Below are positions 25,810 through 39,150 of a DNA stretch of 64,000 nucleotides, piece by piece. The DNA comes from Paragordius varius (Eukaryota; Animalia; Nematomorpha). The notes beneath the pieces were generated by a model that searched no databases, was not told the origin of the DNA, and worked only from the letters and a program-made list of their open reading frames with translations. A program made the position numbers and the translations under genes. Each line of letters begins with the position of its first letter. The first letter of the stretch is position 1. The DNA lies in the NCBI GenBank assembly GCA_964247055.1, contig OZ176053.1, positions 1,860,001 through 1,924,000 on the forward strand. The letters run 5' to 3'.

Positions 25810-27250
25810 AAAAAGGACAAAATTGCGTTTATAATTAATTTGTTAATAATGAGTTTTATAAGCCCGGAAACATATAATTTATTTTTGGGGGGAATTTGAA
25901 TTGTTCGAGGGTGATTCTAATTGTTTAAGGGTATTTGACTTTTAACTGGTATAACTTACACATGTGCAAAAAATTTATATGGGAATAAAGGTGAAATAAT
26001 TAATGAAAGTCTCAAGTGTCAAAATTGTCACGGGGAAAAAGTAATACGCGACACAAAGCTATTGGAAGTCCATGTCTTGCCCGGCATGAAAAATGGTCAA
26101 AAAATTACATTTCGCGGTGAAGGAGATCAAAGAGTAAATTGAATATAAGTTTTAATATGTTATACAGTGAAAATTAAAATTATACGGACAAAACGTAATT
26201 ATTATTTTTTTCAAAAGACACCCAACACTAATATACTTTTTTATACCCTGAACTATAAATTGTTTATTGCAATGGTAAAATATATATAATTGATTGTGTT
26301 ACCAATATACATTTATATTTTATACTTTGCGATTTTAAATGACTATTTATTTCCGAAAAAATCAAGAATTTATGGTTGTCTTTTAGAAAAAATACCTTTT
26401 GATCCTAACAATCCTTATTTAATATTACATAAAAATAAAACTGTAAAACATAAAAAGCAAAAAACATAAATTGTTAAATTTTAAAATAACATTCATAATT
26501 CATTACATATTTTTTTAAAGTGTAAATATTATTTTTCGACTTGAAGTACCCAAAGTTTTATCAAAATATATTTGTCAGATTTACAAAAATTTAGTAAGGT
26601 ACATTAAAAATCGTATTATTAGCTACACCTCTTAATTTTTTTTAAAATTCGTTTTTATGCGCACTTAAAATAGGGTTGACCTTTTATTATTGCATTCACT
26701 ACTTTAAATATAATACCGTTTGAAAAATAAATTTAAAACCAATTTTTATTAATTCTACATCGCTTAGTGTTATTCTTAAATATTATATTACTTAAAACAT
26801 ATAATTTTTATATAGATATTTACCGATTATTTCTTTGAATGCTCTTTTAGAGTCATATTTGATACAACATGCGCAAAAGATTTGAAATTTTTATACAAAT
26901 TTGAAATTTACAACTAAAAAAAATGGGAAAAGCGCTGCGATTATTTTATAGGAATGTGCATTGATGAAAAACGTTATTGCTCGTTTTTTGGGATAAACTA
27001 TTTTTTCTTATATTATTTAATAACCTTTTATCACCTTTATACGCTATTTTTTCCTTCCAAAGGAGGTAAGCATGCATAATTTTCCATTCCTTTCTGTCTA
27101 CTGCTTGCCCGATTTTTCTATTGAGAAAGTCAATTAAGTCTTTTTGAATAGCGAATTTCCAGGTTTTCTGAGCTAATATGATTTTTTGAATATGATTGCA
27201 CACGTTTTATCCAGTTTTGGGGCCCAACCATTTCCAATGAAATTTTATTA

Positions 27251-27282
<32 letters not shown>

Positions 27283-30200
27283 GCCTGACATGGATAGTGG
27301 AGATGTGATTATAATTTTGCAACTCAAAGAGCACCCACGTTTTATACGTCACGGGAATGATTTATTGTTACAAAAAGTCATCAGTCTTAAGGAAGCCCTT
27401 TTGGGGTACACTTTTACCCTTAGACATTTGGATGGCCGAAAAATTTTGGTTAAAAGTAAAGCCGGAGATTTGCTCCATCCTGGTTAGTGTTCCTATTATT
27501 ATTTTTTATTTTAAATTTTTATTTGGAATTACTTTTTAACATTAAAGTAACCAAATTTTGATATATATATATATATATATATATATATTCTGAATAATTT
27601 AAAATACACCCTTAACAACCCATATTCACCTTAAAAACAAATTACCTGTTTTTTAAATGGCAAAAATTACCTATATTTTTTATACTTTTAAAACAGTAAA
27701 TTTTGTTTAAAATTAAAATAATACTAAAATAAATTTTGCCATAAAGATATATATTAATGATGAGCTTGTTATATTAGCCTGAAAAACAATCTATTTTTTA
27801 GGGGGAATATGAATAGTAAATAGTGTGATATTTATATCATTGAACATATTTTCGATTTTCTCACAAAGATCGTTTGATATAAAAAGATATTTTTGCATTA
27901 TCGCTAGCTTCACTAATTCACCATTTACAATATAAATTCACCCTACAAATATATTGTGTGTTTTTCGGGCTAATATAATTTATGATTAATATGAAATATA
28001 CTTTTATATAATAGTTTATTATTTTTTCATAATTTTAAACACAATTTTATATAGGCAATTTTTAATCTTAAAATACTTTTAGTTTATTTTAGGGTGAATT
28101 TGAATTGTTAAAGGGTAAATATGAAGTGTTAATGGTATATTTTTAAATGTGATAGATTTTGTAAGTATAAGATTTTTTTTTATCTTTGTTGTAGGATATA
28201 CTAAATACTAAAATAATAGAATTACTGAAATTGGTTAATTTAAATATATCGTTTTAAAATTCATAGGATGAATGCGCCATTTATCATGCACATCATCGTT
28301 AAAAATTAAATTGAGTTCCTTGTTGTTTTAATTGGAATAGCCGTTTTCATTCATTATATTCGCATAAAAAATTTATTCATGTGCTACCTAATAATATATA
28401 ATATTATCTAATTTTAAAATAACTTTGTTATCCATGTTTTGTATTTATTAAATTAAGATACAGTATGAGTAAGTATACATTGCTAGAAAGTTATTAATTA
28501 TTGCCAAATAGCATCTACAACAAAGGGTGCAGTATTATTGGTTAGTAACATTAAAAAGTGAAAAAAAATAATTCGAAGTCAATAATACTGCCCTTTGTTG
28601 TACATAGCTATTTGGCAATAATTAATGACTTTCTAGCAATTTATACTTACTCATAGAGTATATTAATTTTAAATTTTGATAATATGAGCGTTATCTGTAT
28701 AGTAATATAATATTTTATTGTAATATAGGATCTATCCGTGTTATAAAGGAAGAGGGTATGCCACATTATAAGAATCCTTTTACGCATGGTAATTTGTATA
28801 TTCGATACGATGTGGACTTCCCACTCGATGGGTTTGCCCCTGAGACTGATTTACAGGCCTTGGATATCATACTAGGCACCATATCTGGTACTCAATCTAA
28901 TAATGGTAGATCATCTAGACGCAGTTTAAATAACAACAATAATGGTAATATGCATCCAGGTTTATCTTTTTTTTATTTTACATATTTTTTGAGTGTCTCG
29001 GTAAATTTTTGATGACAACTGTATCATTCTGTAATTTAACTATACATTTGCCCTAAAATTTTGTATATTGTTTTATTTTTGTATTTGAATCCATTAAAAA
29101 CAAACATTTTGTTAGCCAATAATATATTTGTTCAATTTGCATTTTGGGGGTAAATATAACCAATTAATGCTGATTGGGCATTTGTGCTTATTTTTTTCCA
29201 AATTTTTCTTTATATTAACTACAGTTAGATCTTTGTAAATAACTTGGAAACAAAGAAATATATTCATATTAAGGTAACCATAGATTTAAGCTAGAATATT
29301 TTAATTTTAACCTATCATTTTGAGTTACGAAAATAGGAACTAAGCTGTTTGGTACATCATATTTCACGAATGCCATCATTTGAGTTACTTAGAATTAAAC
29401 AAGAATTTTTTATCAAAAAACTTTACGTTTTTTCTTTCTTCATTTTAATATTTACTGTACTTTGGCATTTATGGGGTGCGGTTATTCATTATAACGCGCA
29501 TTAATCCCTTTTTTCATTTTTATAATAATACTTATTTTTTTTCTTAAAACTCAACCTATATAGAACAAGCGTCAGGATCTACGGCTGTTCCGTATTTCGA
29601 TGCGCTATCCACATCGCAAACTAATCCTAATAATCAACAACAAAAACAGCAAAATACGAAGCATGATTACCATTTCATACATATGCCACACTTGTTTTCA
29701 CATTTGCGCAAAAATGCCGAACATAAAAAGAATGGAGGAGGAGGCACCCATACTTTTACCACGGATCCGGCTGAACATCACGTTGAAGAGGTATTTACAC
29801 TTGATCCTATAAATCTGCATAGTCTTAGACTATTTTGTACACTAACATTCACTTACTAAGAGATTTTCCGATTAAATACTTTTTAAATCATGATCGTTTA
29901 AAGTTAACTCTTTCCTTTCAAACTTGAGTTATGAGATTCCGTTTAACAAGTTTAAAGCCAAAATTTAGTTTTTGTATGATTTATTATAATAGTTTTTTCT
30001 CTCTTTTACACCTTTTTATCGGGCAGGTTTACATGAACAAAGAAGAGGGTCATTCACGTGCCTCATACGCTAATCACACGACTTTTAATGGTGGTCCCTC
30101 TAATGAATCTAATACAACAGCATCATCAGGAGGAGGAGGTCGTCAAAAAGCTAGTACTAGAAAGTCAAAGGACGTTTATCACGAAGACTCAGCTAATGAT

Positions 30201-30368
30201 ATGCATCATAATGGTGACGAAGACGAGGAAGAAAGATTTGCTGGTCATTCTGGGTTTTTCTCCTCAGGGGGACCACAACACCCTTTCGCCCATGCTTTTG
30301 GCGGTCCAGGGGCCGGTTCTACAGGAGGAGGGGGAGGGGCCCAACACGTTCAATGTGCAAATCAATAG
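23820..30368 (+). CDS. DNAJA2: DnaJ/Hsp40 subfamily A (DNAJA2-like), 10 exons: 23820-23945, 23976-24084, 24119-24251, 24360-24440, 24982-25115, 25991-26133, 27284-27482, 28729-28959, 29564-29790, 30027-30368; 574 aa
   Basis: J-domain with HPD (YHPDKNP), G/F region, four CxxCxGxG-type motifs ([32 protein letters not shown]), [38 protein letters not shown]-terminal CaaX (VQCANQ*). Exons sum to 1725 nt. Confidence 0.93.
25335..25619. mobile_element. Complete family-W MITE (285 bp) in DnaJ intron 5; further copies at ~25684-25955, ~27590-27830, 27919-28137, ~43085-47390 (split) and 53611-53885
   Basis: TA|TACCATTTA...TAAATGGTA|TA with subterminal CAATTCAA.TT.ACCC units. Confidence 0.85.
26946..27230 (-). 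mobile_element. Probable RTE C-terminal remnant in DnaJ intron 6
   Basis: [28 protein letters not shown] loosely matches the RTE post-RT consensus (YG.ETW..ERK.LR..W.I..I...IR..RL). Confidence 0.35.
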
Positions 30369-30761
30369 GGAAAAGGAGCTTGAGCCTCTTTTTTTATCTT
30401 TTTTAACGACTTACTTATATTTGGATAGCATGAGATTGACAAAAATATTTTTTACAATCGATAAAATGTGGTTTATTTTTTGCGTCAAAATGATAACTGT
30501 ATAAATAACATACTATTCTGAAACAAATTTTATTGATAAATACTTTACTATTATAAGTTTTCTCTTGACTAAATTGAGCCACGTTGCACATCAGTTTGTT
30601 TGCAATGTACAATGTTTCCTTTAAATTTATCAATATATTTTCCGTTTTTTATCAACATTATTTAGTTATCTGTCGTTTTATATAAATTCATACAATAATA
30701 TTTTGTTTTTTAAATAAATGTATGTGTGCTTTGCATATTTTTAGTTAAATTATGACATATT

Positions 30762-30873
30762 TTGGACCGCACACAAACAAATAACTGTAAAAGCATTTGC
30801 CAAAAATGTTTTTATTATTCAAAAGCGAAAGTCAGAGGTAAGGCGATAGTTCTGACCATAAACGATGCCGACC
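30762..30873 (+). pseudogene. Decayed ~110-bp fragment of 18S rRNA; not a functional rRNA gene
   Basis: AAAGCATTTGCCAAAAATGTTTT..AAAGTCAGAGGT..AAGGCGA..TAGTTCTGACCATAAACGATGCCGAC matches the conserved eukaryotic SSU segment, with small deletions. Confidence 0.85.
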
Positions 30874-31424
30874 CATTTTTGACATGTAAGGAAAGATAAA
30901 CTGAATTTAAACCAAACCATGACATAAAAAAGAGCATTAGCCTTCAGCAAAGTTAAGATATTGCTCACATGTACCATGCGCATATCTCACTCTCGACACC
31001 CAAAACTTTAAGACTTGCGAAAAATATCAGCGTAAATACACACCATATTACCAATATGCTAACACCACCCATATAAAGAAATGATATAAAAACACACAAA
31101 CAATATATCAGACGTACCACTCGTGCGTAAAAAAATTAAATTTAAAGTTTACATGATTCTAAAAAATATATTCGGCGGGATTAATTTTTAACCAATTTTA
31201 GACATTCATCGCCTTTATTCAGATTTAACATAACTTTGCTTTTCGTATTGAAAGGCTTATTCAAATGATGTTTTTAGTGTAAAGCATCGTAGCTTTAATG
31301 AAAACATTTATAATATGCGCTGAATTCGCGATTTTAAGATTTGAAGCAGTTAAATAGTTAAATTTTTTTCTTAAATAACCCAAAAGGCCCTACAACAAAG
31401 GCATAATGAGAACCCATATTTATA

Positions 31425-31956
31425 TACCATTTGCACTTCAAGAGTGTCCTTGAACACTTCAAGACATTTCAAGTTGGTCCTTGAACGCTTCAAGTTGATC
31501 CTTAAAATTTTTATATTTTGATTTAACCATAATTTTTGTTTTTTTTATATTATTATTTTTAACCTAATTTTCTATATTTATTATATATTTATTCATTTAA
31601 AAAAAATATTTTTTTATTTCAAACTAATTTTTTCCATTTTAACAAAATTATAACTTTTATATGTTTTCAATGAAAATTTTTTATTAAAAAAAAATATTTT
31701 TTAATTAGGTGTTAAAACCTTATAAATATCCAATATTTTTAAGAAATTAATAATATACGTTTTCTCAAAGAGTAAAAGTTGATATTGATTTAAAATTTAT
31801 GTCAAATAATAGAAAATAGGTTAAAATCAATAAAATAGATGAATGATTTACGATTTGATTAATAAAAGTTAAAAACAAAACAAAAAAGTTAAAGACCAAC
31901 TTGAAGTGTTCAAGGACCAACTTGAAGTGAAGGACACTCTTGAAGTGCAAATGGTA
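31425..31956. mobile_element. Complete family-V MITE
   Basis: TACCATTTGCACTTCAAGAGTGTCCT...AGGACACTCTTGAAGTGCAAATGGTA inverted termini with 21-bp subterminal units. Confidence 0.85.
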
Positions 31957-32003
31957 GTATACAGGATACATATATACATCGTCCAATTTTATGCATATAT
32001 ATA

Positions 32004-32983
32004 TACCATTTCCCAGTCTAAATAAACGTTTTCCCAGTCAATCGAAACATTTTCCCAATCAAACAAAACGTTTTCCCAGTCAATCGAAACGTTTTCCCAG
32101 TCAATCGAAACATTTTCCCAGTCAATCGAAACGTTTTCTCAGTCAATCGAAACATTTTCCCAGTCAATAAAAACATTTTCCCAATCAATAAAAACGTTTT
32201 CCCAGTCAATAAAAACCGTTTTATTTTTGATGATAAATATCAAAACAAGATATAAAAATAACTTTTAACCATTATCAGCGTAATATTAGGATTTTATTTT
32301 TTATAAAAACACAATTATTATGTGACAATTCTAAATATATTCCAGTGCACAATCATTAATGACTTATTCTTTAAAAGTTATATTTTTGGAATTTGAGATG
32401 TTTTTAAGATAATATTTTTTATTTTATCGATGGTTCGCATCAATATCTGTGGCTAAATTATAAAATCTATAGTTACGGATTAAATAATAAAATTTATAAA
32501 AATATACCATTTTTATCTGAAAGGTCATTTAACACCTCCTATTGGATCTTAAACATAAATTTTACCCTAATTTTAATATTTATCATTTGGCTTATCGGGT
32601 GCCCAACGCGGCCTGCCGAGTATCTTTGTGCGACCAGCTAAAAATTTAGAATACGCAATTATAATAAATGAGTCTGTTAAATTTGTAACAAATTAAAAAA
32701 AATTGTTATATTTTTGTATTTTACAGTATTACGTCTAATCGAAAAATTATTTATGAAATATATCGAACGGAACGCTGTACTTTTTGAGTTATTTATCATC
32801 AAAAATAAAACCGTTTTTATTGACTGGGAAAACGTTTTTATTGATTGGGAAAATGTTTTTATTGACTGGGAAAATGTTTCGATTGACTGGGAAAACGTTT
32901 CGATTGACTGGGAAAACGTTTTGTTTGATTGGGAAAATGTTTCGATTGACTGGGAAAACGTTTATTTAGACTGGGAAATGGTA
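32004..32983. mobile_element. Foldback element FB-2 (same family as FB-1; right arm shorter)
   Basis: TA|TACCATTTCCCAG...CTGGGAAATGGTA|TA; 21-bp arrays at 32006-32215 and 32815-32980. Confidence 0.9.
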
Positions 32984-33143
32984 TAACAATATTTAAACAA
33001 ATTGGGGATCTTTTCATTTGTTAAAAGGCTTCATTTAATATATCGCTAACATTAATATCAATAATTTGACAATCAAGCCTTCCATTTCTCCATATAGAAA
33101 CAGTAAGCACTTTTTTTCGATATCAGCCTCGAATAGAACACGC

Positions 33144-34283
33144 CAGGGCTTCTTAACTTTTGTAATACCTGACCCCATTTATGATTGCGAGTTACTTAAC
33201 GACCTCAACAAATATAAAAAAATAAATTAATATTTGATGATATATTTATTAGATAACAATATACTTATGCATATTATATAAATTTAGAATTCGTTTTGCA
33301 TAAAAATCAAATATTGAATTTGCACAAAATATTATAGAAATGTTTTTATTATAGTTTCAAAAACAAAAGTGGATTCTGACCGTATTAATTCTCTCGAATA
33401 TATCCAAGTAGTTGCGCGGTTAATATTCAATTAAAGTTTACCTCAAAAAATTAATGAGATGGATGAGCTTGTTTTTTTTATTGCATAACAAATCAAATCT
33501 TGGTGTAATGTTTGAAAATGCTGGACATAAGACCTCTTCAACATTTTTTATCGCTGAATAATTGGGATTTATTGTGTGTGAAAGCGAAAGTAACTTCACA
33601 TAAATATGTGGTGTTGAATGGCAAACGTACATATAACGCCATATCGGCGATTGTGGGAAATTCAGTTCTAGTTCCGATCCAGAATTCAGTCAAGAGCTTT
33701 TTTGGAATTTATAGTTTTTAGTTGTTATAAAAACTTGTGAAATATTTAAAATTATTTGAAAACACAATAATAAACATAAAATCTTATAAAATCGTTAAAT
33801 GCCTTGGCAATATACACTAATACTTTCACCGATATAAAAATAAATTTATTTAACTAGCTGGTGGTAGATCCAACAATATACGAGTAATGGAAAAAAAATT
33901 TAAACTGACTAGGAATAACATCTTCGTAATCATACAATGGCTAAATGAAAATATATGTTTATATAGTTTCTTCAAAATAACACTTAGATATTTTGTTGAT
34001 AATATTTATCATTATTTCGGTTTTTAGAGATTGACAAAAATAAATCAACATATTTTTGATTTTCTATAAGATCTTCTGATTCATCGTAAATTTATACATT
34101 ATAATGATTGGAATAGAAATGCTGGTATAAACATTCTTTCCGAACCATAAGATTTTATGATATAATCTACGATGATTGTTATTTAACAATCATTTTACGA
34201 GCTAAAAAACATTTTTTGTTAAATTGTATTTTTATCACGGGCTACCCAAAATGGGGTCGCGACCCACAGTTTAAGAAGCCTTG
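33144..34283. mobile_element. hAT-type non-autonomous element inserted in the RTE fragment
   Basis: TIR CAGGGCTTCTTAA / TTAAGAAGCCTTG; degenerate 8-bp TSD GAACACGC / AAACAAGC. Confidence 0.7.
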
Positions 34284-34680
34284 AAACAAGCAATTAAACA
34301 TCTTATATCACAAATGTGTAAAAAATATTATTTGTTTAAAATAATATAAATTTATCAAACTACAAACTAAGTATGCCATTTGCACAACAGCGTGCTGGTC
34401 CTTACATATACATATGGATCCGAATCCTGGCCGATGTCACAAGTGAAATCAAACTCGCAATCGCTAATTAAATTACTGAAAACAATACTATTTGCACAAA
34501 ATTCATCCGTTTGACTATACCGAATTCATAAACCCGTACCATATACTCAATATTAACCCCAACAATAACGTCATCAGCAATTTTCGGTTATAATGGGATG
34601 GGCATGTTGAAAGACGGGAATATACGATATCTTTAAATGAATGAAAAATTACTCGGTAGAACTGCAACTCACCCCATACT

Positions 34681-37649
34681 TAGAGTGACCAGATTTTTTG
34701 AAGGAAAAAGCGGGACAAATCTGAGAAAAGGGGCCTACAACCAAAAATTTTTATATAAAAAAATTATTGTAATAATTATTTATTTTTAATACAAATACAT
34801 TATAAATATAAAAAATTATATTATTCCTTGGTCTAAGGTAATTCGCACCTTATCCAATAAATCTACATATGCACGAACAAAGGGTGAAGCTATTGTATGC
34901 AATGTCTTTCACCTCATGCATTCTGAAATAGAAAAAGATTTGCAAAAATAAATTTCATATCGCTATATTCTGATTAGGGTTGTGCCCATTAGTCAATGAC
35001 CTAGGTCATGACCATGGTCACGACCACGAAAAAAATGACCTAGGTCAATTTTTTTTATTTTATTTTACAATTTTTAGAACAAAACCTTATATTATTTATA
35101 TATGTATTATTTTGATTATATCATATGATATACATTTTTTCTTTACTTCCTCATAATGAAATCAGCCTTGTGGAAATTTATCGATCAAAAAAATCAAATT
35201 ACAAGCAAGAAATGCAATTACACTATTATTTAAATAAAAACCGAATGAAGAAACATCTTAAAGAAGTTTATGAAATAAATTATATGACAGAAGGTGTTGG
35301 TCGAAAGCAAGCTAAATATTTAATTTCTTAAGTTTAATCTTACAAATTTCTGTTTTCAAGAAGGAATTAGCCAGAAACATTTAGCAAAATTTATTTCTAC
35401 ATCCTCAACTCTTAAAACTGTTGAAAATTCCATATTGTTGGTCTTATCTCTCTAAGATTTTAAACTTTCCATAGTCTTTATCTATGATTCCAGGAAAGAT
35501 CGTTAATTGTAGAAATTTAAATTATCAGTATTGGTGAAAGTATACTTTTAAAAAAATATATACTTTATGTAAAATCTTTTTTATGTAATTTAATCAAGTA
35601 TTTATGTATGTAGTTATTTATTATTGTCAATAACATATGGTATGACCTAGGTCTGACACCCTTTTTGAAATAGGGGGTCAAAATCACAACCCTAGTTCCA
35701 GGTAAAGATAGTGCGAATTCTCAATTTTTAAAATATTATTGTATGGAACATAGTTTGTTTCAAAATGATGCAATATTTCTAACCATTTCTTTTCTACTGT
35801 TTTTTTTTCTGTTGTCCATAGTTTAATTTCATTATTAATATTTTTTAACTAATGATACTTCAGAAAGATTACTTTTTGGGAGATGCAGATGTAATCAAAT
35901 GATTTTTGAACATCGCATTAATTAAATTCTAGTTTTAATGTTATCCAATGAAATTGATTTATATCATTGAATTGCACCTTCCAGTATTCCAAATAAACTT
36001 TACAGTTTGTATAAAACATTTTTATATGGTACAGGATATCTTGGCGATTTATCAAGCCTTGTTTTTCTAAATAATTTATGATATTGCGGATGGTTAATGG
36101 TATAAAATTATATTTTAACCTTTTCTTGACATTAGAATTTTAGGTTCCTAATGTTATTGGCTACTTCGAATGCCGATATTTGCCACCCTCTATCAATTTA
36201 ATAACATTTTGAAAGAGAGAATTGATTATGTAGATCTAACCATATTTTTGAAGAATCACTTTCAAAAAACTTTTCCAAAGTTATAGGTTGTCTTGTGATA
36301 AATAATAGGATTTTAAAGGATAATACAATTTTGAAATTCTTTCGATAGCTGGCAGAAGAGCTAACCAACGAGTTTTACAATATCCAAGCTTTTTTTGATA
36401 TTGAACTTCCGCATTTTCACAGAATTTCTTAAGCGTTTCAACGCGTACCGTGTATATATTAAAATAGGAATATATTTTAACAACTACATTTTCCACATCT
36501 AGTGGTAACAAATGAGCAGCTGTTTGAATAGCGTTGAGTATAATGAGCGCTGCACACCCAACGCCAATATTGGTGTTGTCAGCGCAATATGCGATAATTT
36601 TTTCTTTTAAATTATTTTTTTCTAGAATATTCATTATTGAAGGAAAAATTATGTCGGAATTTTCACCGGGTAGAGTCTGGATCAAAATATCTTATTAAAG
36701 TCGGAAATAATTTTGTTTCATTGTGATTTGATGCATCAGAGTATAGCGATATGAAATTAATTTTCAGCAAATCTTTTTTATATTTCAGAAAATGTTTGTG
36801 GCGAAATGACATTGCATACAAAGGCTTCAGCCTTTGTACGGGCACATAATTTTTTATTAAATAAGGTACGAGTAACCTGAGAAGTACAATCCATAGATCT
36901 AAAGGGACGATTGTGATTAACGGCGTGAAAAGATAAACCTTCGGCTAGTGCCAAATTCTTTTCTCATTAGATGATGCCGCGATATCTAAACATTTTTTAT
37001 GTTTCTGTGTTTCCATATTCTCTGTAATATGCTTGCAGCCATATGCTAGGGTGAATTCCTCCTCGCATAAAGAACATTTAACAAATGAATTCGTCGTTTT
37101 TTTTTAATAAGAGGAAATTCTTTCATTAATTCATCGTTCAATTTACAACCTCTTTTTGTACTCATATTTTTAAACTAATATTAGTATAATAAAATATTAT
37201 AATACCATTATAGTAAACGTATAAGCTACCCATTTAATATTAATTTGTCTCTTCAATAATGTTGGGAGGTAATATAACTAAAATATTAGTATTAAAAAAT
37301 ATTTTATTACCTTAATTTTCTGGAGTAAACGCATAAAAGCTACCGATTTGTGGCTTTGTCTTTTTGCTAATGTTGGCAGTAGAAGTAGGAAGCAAAGTAT
37401 ATAATCATGATATAAATTCGAAAAAATAAATATTTTTAATTTAAAAATAAAAATTTTAATTTTAAATTGATATAGATTTAAAGATAACTAATGATAAAAA
37501 ATTTAAACGGATAAAAAAAATAATTTTTTTCTAAAGATTTAAATGTATTTTAAAATTTTTTTTTATCTAATCGTGAAAAAGCGGGACATATTAAAAACGT
37601 AACGGGACGCGGGACAAAGTGTGAAAAAGCGGGACGTCTGCTCACCCTA
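34681..37649 (-). mobile_element. hAT element, Tip100/Zaphod-like, with pseudogenised transposase on the minus strand
   Basis: TIR TAGAGTGACCAGA / TAGGGTGAGCAGA; perfect 8-bp TSD CCCATACT; motifs CARTKAEAFVCNV, SDASNH..KLFPTLIRYF, IIAYCADNTN, CKTRWLALLPAIER, EFALSLPGT. Confidence 0.9.
34975..35694. mobile_element. MITE with TAGGGTTGTG TIRs and GGTCATGACC palindromic subterminal motifs
   Basis: TAGGGTTGTG...CACAACCCTA; no TSD here; same family as 49357-51537. Confidence 0.75.
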
Positions 37650-38662
37650 CCCATACTACATGGCTCAATACAAAGCAAATCACTCAATTTAAATATACTA
37701 TTAGCCAGATCAAAAAAAGATTGGAAAAGCATTTTAAAAAGTATACCGCCATTTAATGGCAAAACCCTATAAAAACGATGTAGCACACAACTAGGGGTAA
37801 AACCGATAATCAATTTAAAAGTAGTTATTTATATTTCCCTTTACAAAAGAAATTATAAAAGATTATAATATATCGGTTGAGATTTAATCAAATTTTTTAT
37901 TTATATTTTCCCTAAATTGAATTATTTTAAAAAAATTAAGTTTTAATACGATGCATATCTTTATATTTTGTCTGTTAACATGTTTTTATTTCCAAGTCAT
38001 TTAAGATTTGCCGAAACCGTGTTATTTTATGAATAGTTTCAAATCTCTGTTTTGGACCCTTGAATTTTGTTTGACTGCTGCCAGCCGTTTTAATGGGTTG
38101 AAAATGCACCCCAATTCTGGAGTCCAAAATCGGGAGAGCGCCAAAACGCGATTAATAAAACAGCTAATTAAATCAATAAAAATTTTGTTACCTAAATGTT
38201 TGAAAGCTTGATGTTTTTTATTTACATTTTTGACCACCATTTTGTTTTGTTGTATTCGCTATTTGATAAATCAAAGGATAAATAATGGTAGCGAAAATGA
38301 GATGAGGATGTTTTATTTTTTTAATTATTCGTTTAAAAAATTAAGGCATAATTTAATTAGCTTTCTTAAATCTAGATATTAATATAAAAAATTGCTCTGG
38401 AATACTACTGCCTAAATGGTAATAAGTTATAACCAGGAAATGAGAATGTGTCCTATATGGATAAACTTGGTAAACAGTAATAAATTTTTTAAATGAGAAT
38501 TGTTATTGCTCATTTTGGATGTGTAGATGGCATTTCCCTTGGTCATTTCATGTGGATCGTTTTTCCATCTTCCTATGCAAACTTAGTTAGTAACAGTATC
38601 TGCATAGCTATGCACCAATGCTAAATATGAATGTAAATATGTATTACTCAACCGCTCTACAT

Positions 38663-39150
38663 TAAAGTGACCAGATAGGCTGTTTTTCGCAGTACAGTGG
38701 ATTTTCAAAACTGCGACTGTACTGTGTCCACTTTTGTACTGCTTTTTGAAATTAAAAAAATAATTATTTATTAATATATATTAATAAGCTTTTTTCAAAA
38801 AAATTATTTTATATTTTGTTATAGTATGCTTCGTAAAAATAAACCCCTAACTTGTAAAGATATTGTTCATTTTTCGGTAAAAAACTAAGATTGGCCTATT
38901 TTTAATTGGTTAATATTTTATTTTTTGCTCGAATTATACATAAAATTGGATTTTGAATCGGTCAAACCTTATAATTGCAGACTTTCGCACAGTTGCGATA
39001 CTATAAATCTCGGACTCCATTGTAAAATTCAGGCTAATGGCTCTTTCACTCAAGGCTTCCGCAAATAGAGGTACCTCAAAATTTAAAATTAGCAAAATTA
39101 ATTTATGATATTTTAATAAATTTTTGATGAAGGATAGAAAGTTCATTTTT
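38663..39150 (-). mobile_element. End of another Tip100-like hAT element with a C-terminal transposase relic
   Basis: TAAAGTGACCAGA terminus; SIATVRKS weakly resembles the dimerisation-domain motif S.A.vERsFS. Confidence 0.4.

Larger units (their letters stand above)
33040..37800 (+). mobile_element. Second RTE 3' fragment broken into three pieces (33040-33143, 34284-34680, 37650-37800)
   Basis: Each piece is colinear with 20240-20830 of the first RTE (e.g. GATATCAGCC..GCAATTAAACATC; CCCATAC..CATGGCTCAA). Confidence 0.8.

Noticed and set aside
29600-30504. ORF-track alternative frames over the DnaJ 3' exons (29600-29812, 30058-30504)
   Set aside because: Shadow frames of DnaJ exons 9-10; the spliced frame ending in CANQ* is the supported one.
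38400-38600. Slightly GC-richer minus-strand 50-codon frame (RWKNDPHEMTKGNAIY..)
   Set aside because: No partner exons, motif or homology recognised; insufficient support.
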